NCBI GenBank assembly: GCA_003558085.1
Contig: PWMT01000070.1
Coordinates: 1-21,990, forward strand
Length of the DNA stretch: 21,990 nucleotides
Source: Methanobacteriaceae archaeon
GTDB taxonomy: Archaea; Methanobacteriota; Methanobacteria; Methanobacteriales; Methanobacteriaceae
Direction of reading: 5' to 3'
The notes below the pieces were generated by a model. That model was not told the DNA's origin and made no database searches. It was given only the letters and a program-made list of their open reading frames with translations. Positions 18,484 through 21,990 of the stretch are shown here, piece after piece (the first letter of the stretch is position 1; every line of letters begins with the position of its first letter). The translations under genes and the position numbers were made by a program.

Positions 18484-20145
18484 TTAATAAAGTTTTTCTT
18501 CCTTTTCTCCTTTTTGTTTTAATAATTCCAGTGCTAGTTCTCTCAGTTTAAATTTTTGTACCTTACCACTAGCTGTTAGAGGAAATTCATCCACCATGAA
18601 TACATGTTTAGGGACCTTGTAGCGTGCAATTCGAGGAATGGCATAATCTCTCACATCTGCCTCTTCTAAGTCATAATCTTCTTCAGGGATGATGAAAGCT
18701 CCTACTAGTTCACCATATTTTTCATCAGGAATGCCTACCACCTGCACATCTTTAACCCCGTCCATGGTGTAGAGAAATTCTTCAATCTCCCGAGGATAAA
18801 TATTTTCCCCACCCCTAATTATCATATCTTTGATACGACCCACAATAGAATAATATCCCTCCTCATCCATCACTGCTAAGTCTCCACTGTGCAACCATCC
18901 TTGAGAATCAATAGTTTCTTCGGTCATTTGTGGCATTTTATAGTAGCCTTTCATTACATTGTATCCCCGGCAACATATCTCACCAGGTTCATTTGCTCCT
19001 AAAGTTTCACCTGTTTCAGGATCCACGATTTTGACTTCTATATGGGGCATTTTAGTCCCCACCGTATTAACTTTTTTCTCCAGGGGATCGTCCACACTGG
19101 TCTGGGTGAATACAGGTGAGGCTTCAGTTAATCCATAGGCAATGGTAACTTCCTTCATGTGCATCTCTTCCATCACTCTTTTCATGGCCTCAATAGGGCA
19201 GGTGGAGCCAGCCATGATACCGGTGCGTAGAGAGGAAAGATTGAATAAATCGAACATGGGGTGGGTGAATTCAGCGATGAACATGGTGGGAACACCATAT
19301 ACTGCTGTGCAACGTTCTTTTTCAATAGCAGCTAAGACCATTAAAGGATCAAATAATTCTATCATTACCAGGGTACCTCCATGGGTTAAAATAGCCAAAA
19401 CACCCAATACAATTCCAAAGCAGTGGAATAAGGGGACTGGTAAGCATAGTTTATCCTGGGAGGTGAAATGCTGCCTTTGGCCAATATAATATCCGTTGTT
19501 GAGTATGTTTCGATGGGTTAACATCACCCCTTTAGGAAAACCCGTGGTTCCCGAGGTGTACTGCATATTGATAACTTCTTGGTTAGATAGGGAATTTTTA
19601 ATCTGGTCTAGAAGCTCTGAGGAAGTATGTTTTCCGAGTAACATTAACTCTCGAGTATTGTACATTCCCCGATGCTTTTCCGGTCCGATGTAAATCACGC
19701 TTTTTAGATGAGGAAATTCTTTACTCTTTAAATTACCTCTTGAATGAGTTTTAAGTTCACCCACCAATTGATATACTGTTTCAATATAATTTATATCCCT
19801 AAAACCATCTATTATGGCCAGCGCTTTCATATCAGATTGTTTCATAAGATAAGCTAATTCATGGCTCTTATAAGCGGTGTTAATTGTTACCAGCACAGCT
19901 CCTATCTTGGAAGTGGCGAACATGAAAGTGAGCCAGTCTGGAACATTCTTAGCCCATATTCCTACATGATCTCCTTTACCTATCCCGATAGCTAGAAGTC
20001 CTTTAGCCAGTAGATCCACTCGCTCATTAAACTCCTGATAGGTGAAACGTAAATTTCGATCAGGATAAATAATAAATTCTCGGTCTGGATGCTTTTCTAC
20101 TTCTTTCTCCAAAAAGTCTCCCATGGTATCTTCACTAAAAACCAT
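18484..20145 (-). CDS. AMP-binding acyl-CoA synthetase/ligase
   Basis: '[11 protein letters not shown]', 'YGLTE', 'GWLHSGDL', '[20 protein letters not shown]', 'SGKVQK'. Confidence 0.95.
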   Translation of the reverse strand: MVFSEDTMGDFLEKEVEKHPDREFIIYPDRNLRFTYQEFNERVDLLAKGLLAIGIGKGDHVGIWAKNVPDWLTFMFATSKIGAVLVTINTAYKSHELAYLMKQSDMKALAIIDGFRDINYIETVYQLVGELKTHSRGNLKSKEFPHLKSVIYIGPEKHRGMYNTRELMLLGKHTSSELLDQIKNSLSNQEVINMQYTSGTTGFPKGVMLTHRNILNNGYYIGQRQHFTSQDKLCLPVPLFHCFGIVLGVLAILTHGGTLVMIELFDPLMVLAAIEKERCTAVYGVPTMFIAEFTHPMFDLFNLSSLRTGIMAGSTCPIEAMKRVMEEMHMKEVTIAYGLTEASPVFTQTSVDDPLEKKVNTVGTKMPHIEVKIVDPETGETLGANEPGEICCRGYNVMKGYYKMPQMTEETIDSQGWLHSGDLAVMDEEGYYSIVGRIKDMIIRGGENIYPREIEEFLYTMDGVKDVQVVGIPDEKYGELVGAFIIPEEDYDLEEADVRDYAIPRIARYKVPKHVFMVDEFPLTASGKVQKFKLRELALELLKQKGEKEEKLY

Positions 20146-20332
20146 ATATTCACCTGAAATCTGATTTAATTAATATTATTCTATGATCATATTTTTAATC
20201 TGGATCTCCACATCTATATTACTAGCTTAGATTTTTTAAAATCTATATACTTAATTGGGAATCTTCTAAAAAAGTAGGGAAAATATAACTAAAAATATGT
20301 GTTCTATATCCCCCTTAAGGAAGTAATATGAA

Positions 20333-20911
20333 CTATAGGGGAGTATAAATCACCGCCAGTATCTGGGCTTTTTCATTATTTCGTGTGTGCAGATTATGAG
20401 GAACTATAGAATCATAGTAAATACTATCTCCCTCTTTAATCCGATATTTTTCCTCACCATAACAGAGTTCTACTTTCCCTTTTAATACGTAGATAAACTC
20501 TTCACCTTCATGGGAAGATAATTCGAATTCACTACCATTGTGCATCTCCACATCCACCAGGAATGGTTCCATGTGTCGGTCGGTTTTACCAGAGGCCAGG
20601 GAATAAAATTCCAAGGCACTTGCCTTGGTCTCTCCTTTTTCACCTGAAAAATAGATAACCTGATCACTTTTCCCCTTTTTAACCATCACCGGGCCTTTAT
20701 GAGGAACATCGTCCATGAAAGTTCCTAAGCGCACTCCCAGTGCCCGGGCTATTTTAATTAAAGGGGCTAATGAAGGCACTATATCCCCTTTTTCAATACT
20801 TTCCAGTAAATCCGGAGTGTTACCACTGGCCCTAGCCAGTTCTTCTAAACTCATTTCTCTTTCTTCTCTTAAATTAGTAATTTTCGCTCCGATGATGTTT
20901 TTTTCCCTCAA
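20333..20911 (-). CDS. XRE-family HTH + cupin transcriptional regulator
   Basis: HTH_3 'LREEREMSLEELA...IEKG..PSLAPLIKIARALGV' and cupin 'HEGEEFIYVL.G...GDSIYYDS.VPH'. GGTGA SD. Confidence 0.93.
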   Translation of the reverse strand: MREKNIIGAKITNLREEREMSLEELARASGNTPDLLESIEKGDIVPSLAPLIKIARALGVRLGTFMDDVPHKGPVMVKKGKSDQVIYFSGEKGETKASALEFYSLASGKTDRHMEPFLVDVEMHNGSEFELSSHEGEEFIYVLKGKVELCYGEEKYRIKEGDSIYYDSIVPHNLHTRNNEKAQILAVIYTPL

Positions 20912-21451
20912 GATATCACCTTAATCATTTTGTTAGTATAAACCCTAATCAACTATGAATAATCTTTACTTATATTATTGAAGTTTAATTATACTATCCA
21001 ACCTATATATGAACTTTAATACTTAACATCAACTTTCTCTAACTAGAGTTTAATTACTTATTTATCTCATACCTGAAAGAATACTATGATTTCTACAAGT
21101 CATAACATGAATTTCAGACCAATTAGTTGCACTAAAAGATTAAAATAGTATGAAAACAAATATAACAAGTAATACAGATCTTTAGATAAGAATCAACATT
21201 CAGTATACATTAACCTACCATTTGGTACTGGTTACAAAATACCGCAGACAGGTTCATAAATCAGAATATAGAGAGAAATTTTCCAGTCATGGTAGTTCAA
21301 TAAGTAACCTATTAGCAATAATAAACCCGAAAAATTGATAATTTTAGCTAAGTAATCTATTAGAGATAATCTAATCATTTAAATAAAAAAGTGAGAATCA
21401 AGCTCAACTAAATTAAATTTAAGTGTTCCGCTAAATAATCCTCTGAGTATA

Positions 21452-21760
21452 TTAATTATCCGGTCTAATGTTTCTAGTCTGGGTATAATTCACTGTTTGG
21501 TTGGTAACATTTCTGCTTCCATTGGTCTGATTAGTAGTCTCATTGGTCACATTCCTGATTATTCTCTGATTTAGATGGATTGGTTCGAAGTCTGGATTGG
21601 AGATAGTACTAATTTGGCCATTATCAGCAGCCATTATAGTGGGAACCTCCAGGGACATACTATCAGAAGCCATTAAATTTACTGAAGAACCACATCCATA
21701 GGCAAAAAGAGCAAGCATGAGCACCGCTATCAACTTACCTGATTTTTTAGGATTCAACAT
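21452..21760 (-). CDS. Hypothetical exported or lipoprotein-like protein with an N/T-rich tail
   Basis: Basic N-terminus, hydrophobic core, 'AYGC' lipobox-like site. GAGGGTG SD-like sequence upstream. Confidence 0.75.
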   Translation of the reverse strand: MLNPKKSGKLIAVLMLALFAYGCGSSVNLMASDSMSLEVPTIMAADNGQISTISNPDFEPIHLNQRIIRNVTNETTNQTNGSRNVTNQTVNYTQTRNIRPDN

Positions 21761-21990
21761 AACACCCTCATCTCAATACATCTATTATTGTTTATTATTG
21801 TGGTAAATATAAGTATATTAATTTAACTAAGTTCTTTTGATCCTAAGCTAAATTATATAGCCATCCCTAATTTTTAGGTAATCAATTAATTATTTTAAAG
21901 ACCTATTTAAGTTTTTCTAAGCATGATTTATATCCTGCTACTTATATTAATATTTAACAGCTTATCTAAACCAGGAAATAAATTTGAGTA

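Overview
AT-rich archaeal DNA. Gene content (cfbC, arfB, SmAP1-rpl37e, DUF371, COG1202-type helicase) and GGTGA/AGGTG Shine-Dalgarno (SD) usage point to a Methanobacteriaceae methanogen (inference). Most of the window is core genome: galU (cut by the window edge), DUF167, tRNA-Leu(GAG), DUF371, a GIY-YIG DUF123 nuclease, the minus-strand run Lsm-rpl37e-Toprim-purF-U32-CBS-cfbC, a PUA protein with arfB, an SF2 helicase, an acyl-CoA ligase with its XRE-cupin regulator, and a small exported protein. An accessory metalloid-stress islet lies at about 2100-7650: arsR, acr3 with a Cys-rich tail, a triply frameshifted ferredoxin pseudogene, two USP paralogs, and a reductive-dehalogenase/QueG-like Fe-S protein carrying an in-frame 29%-Met module with its own SD. 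Items missed by the ORF track include a 42-aa 7-Cys desulforedoxin-like protein (1267-1395), an inverted-repeat-bounded element (2158-2380), and a 32-codon ORF (15725-15823) whose perfect SD is locked in a 16-bp hairpin inside a three-hairpin RNA. The last is the most unusual item. All functional calls come from motif recognition by eye, with no database searches.
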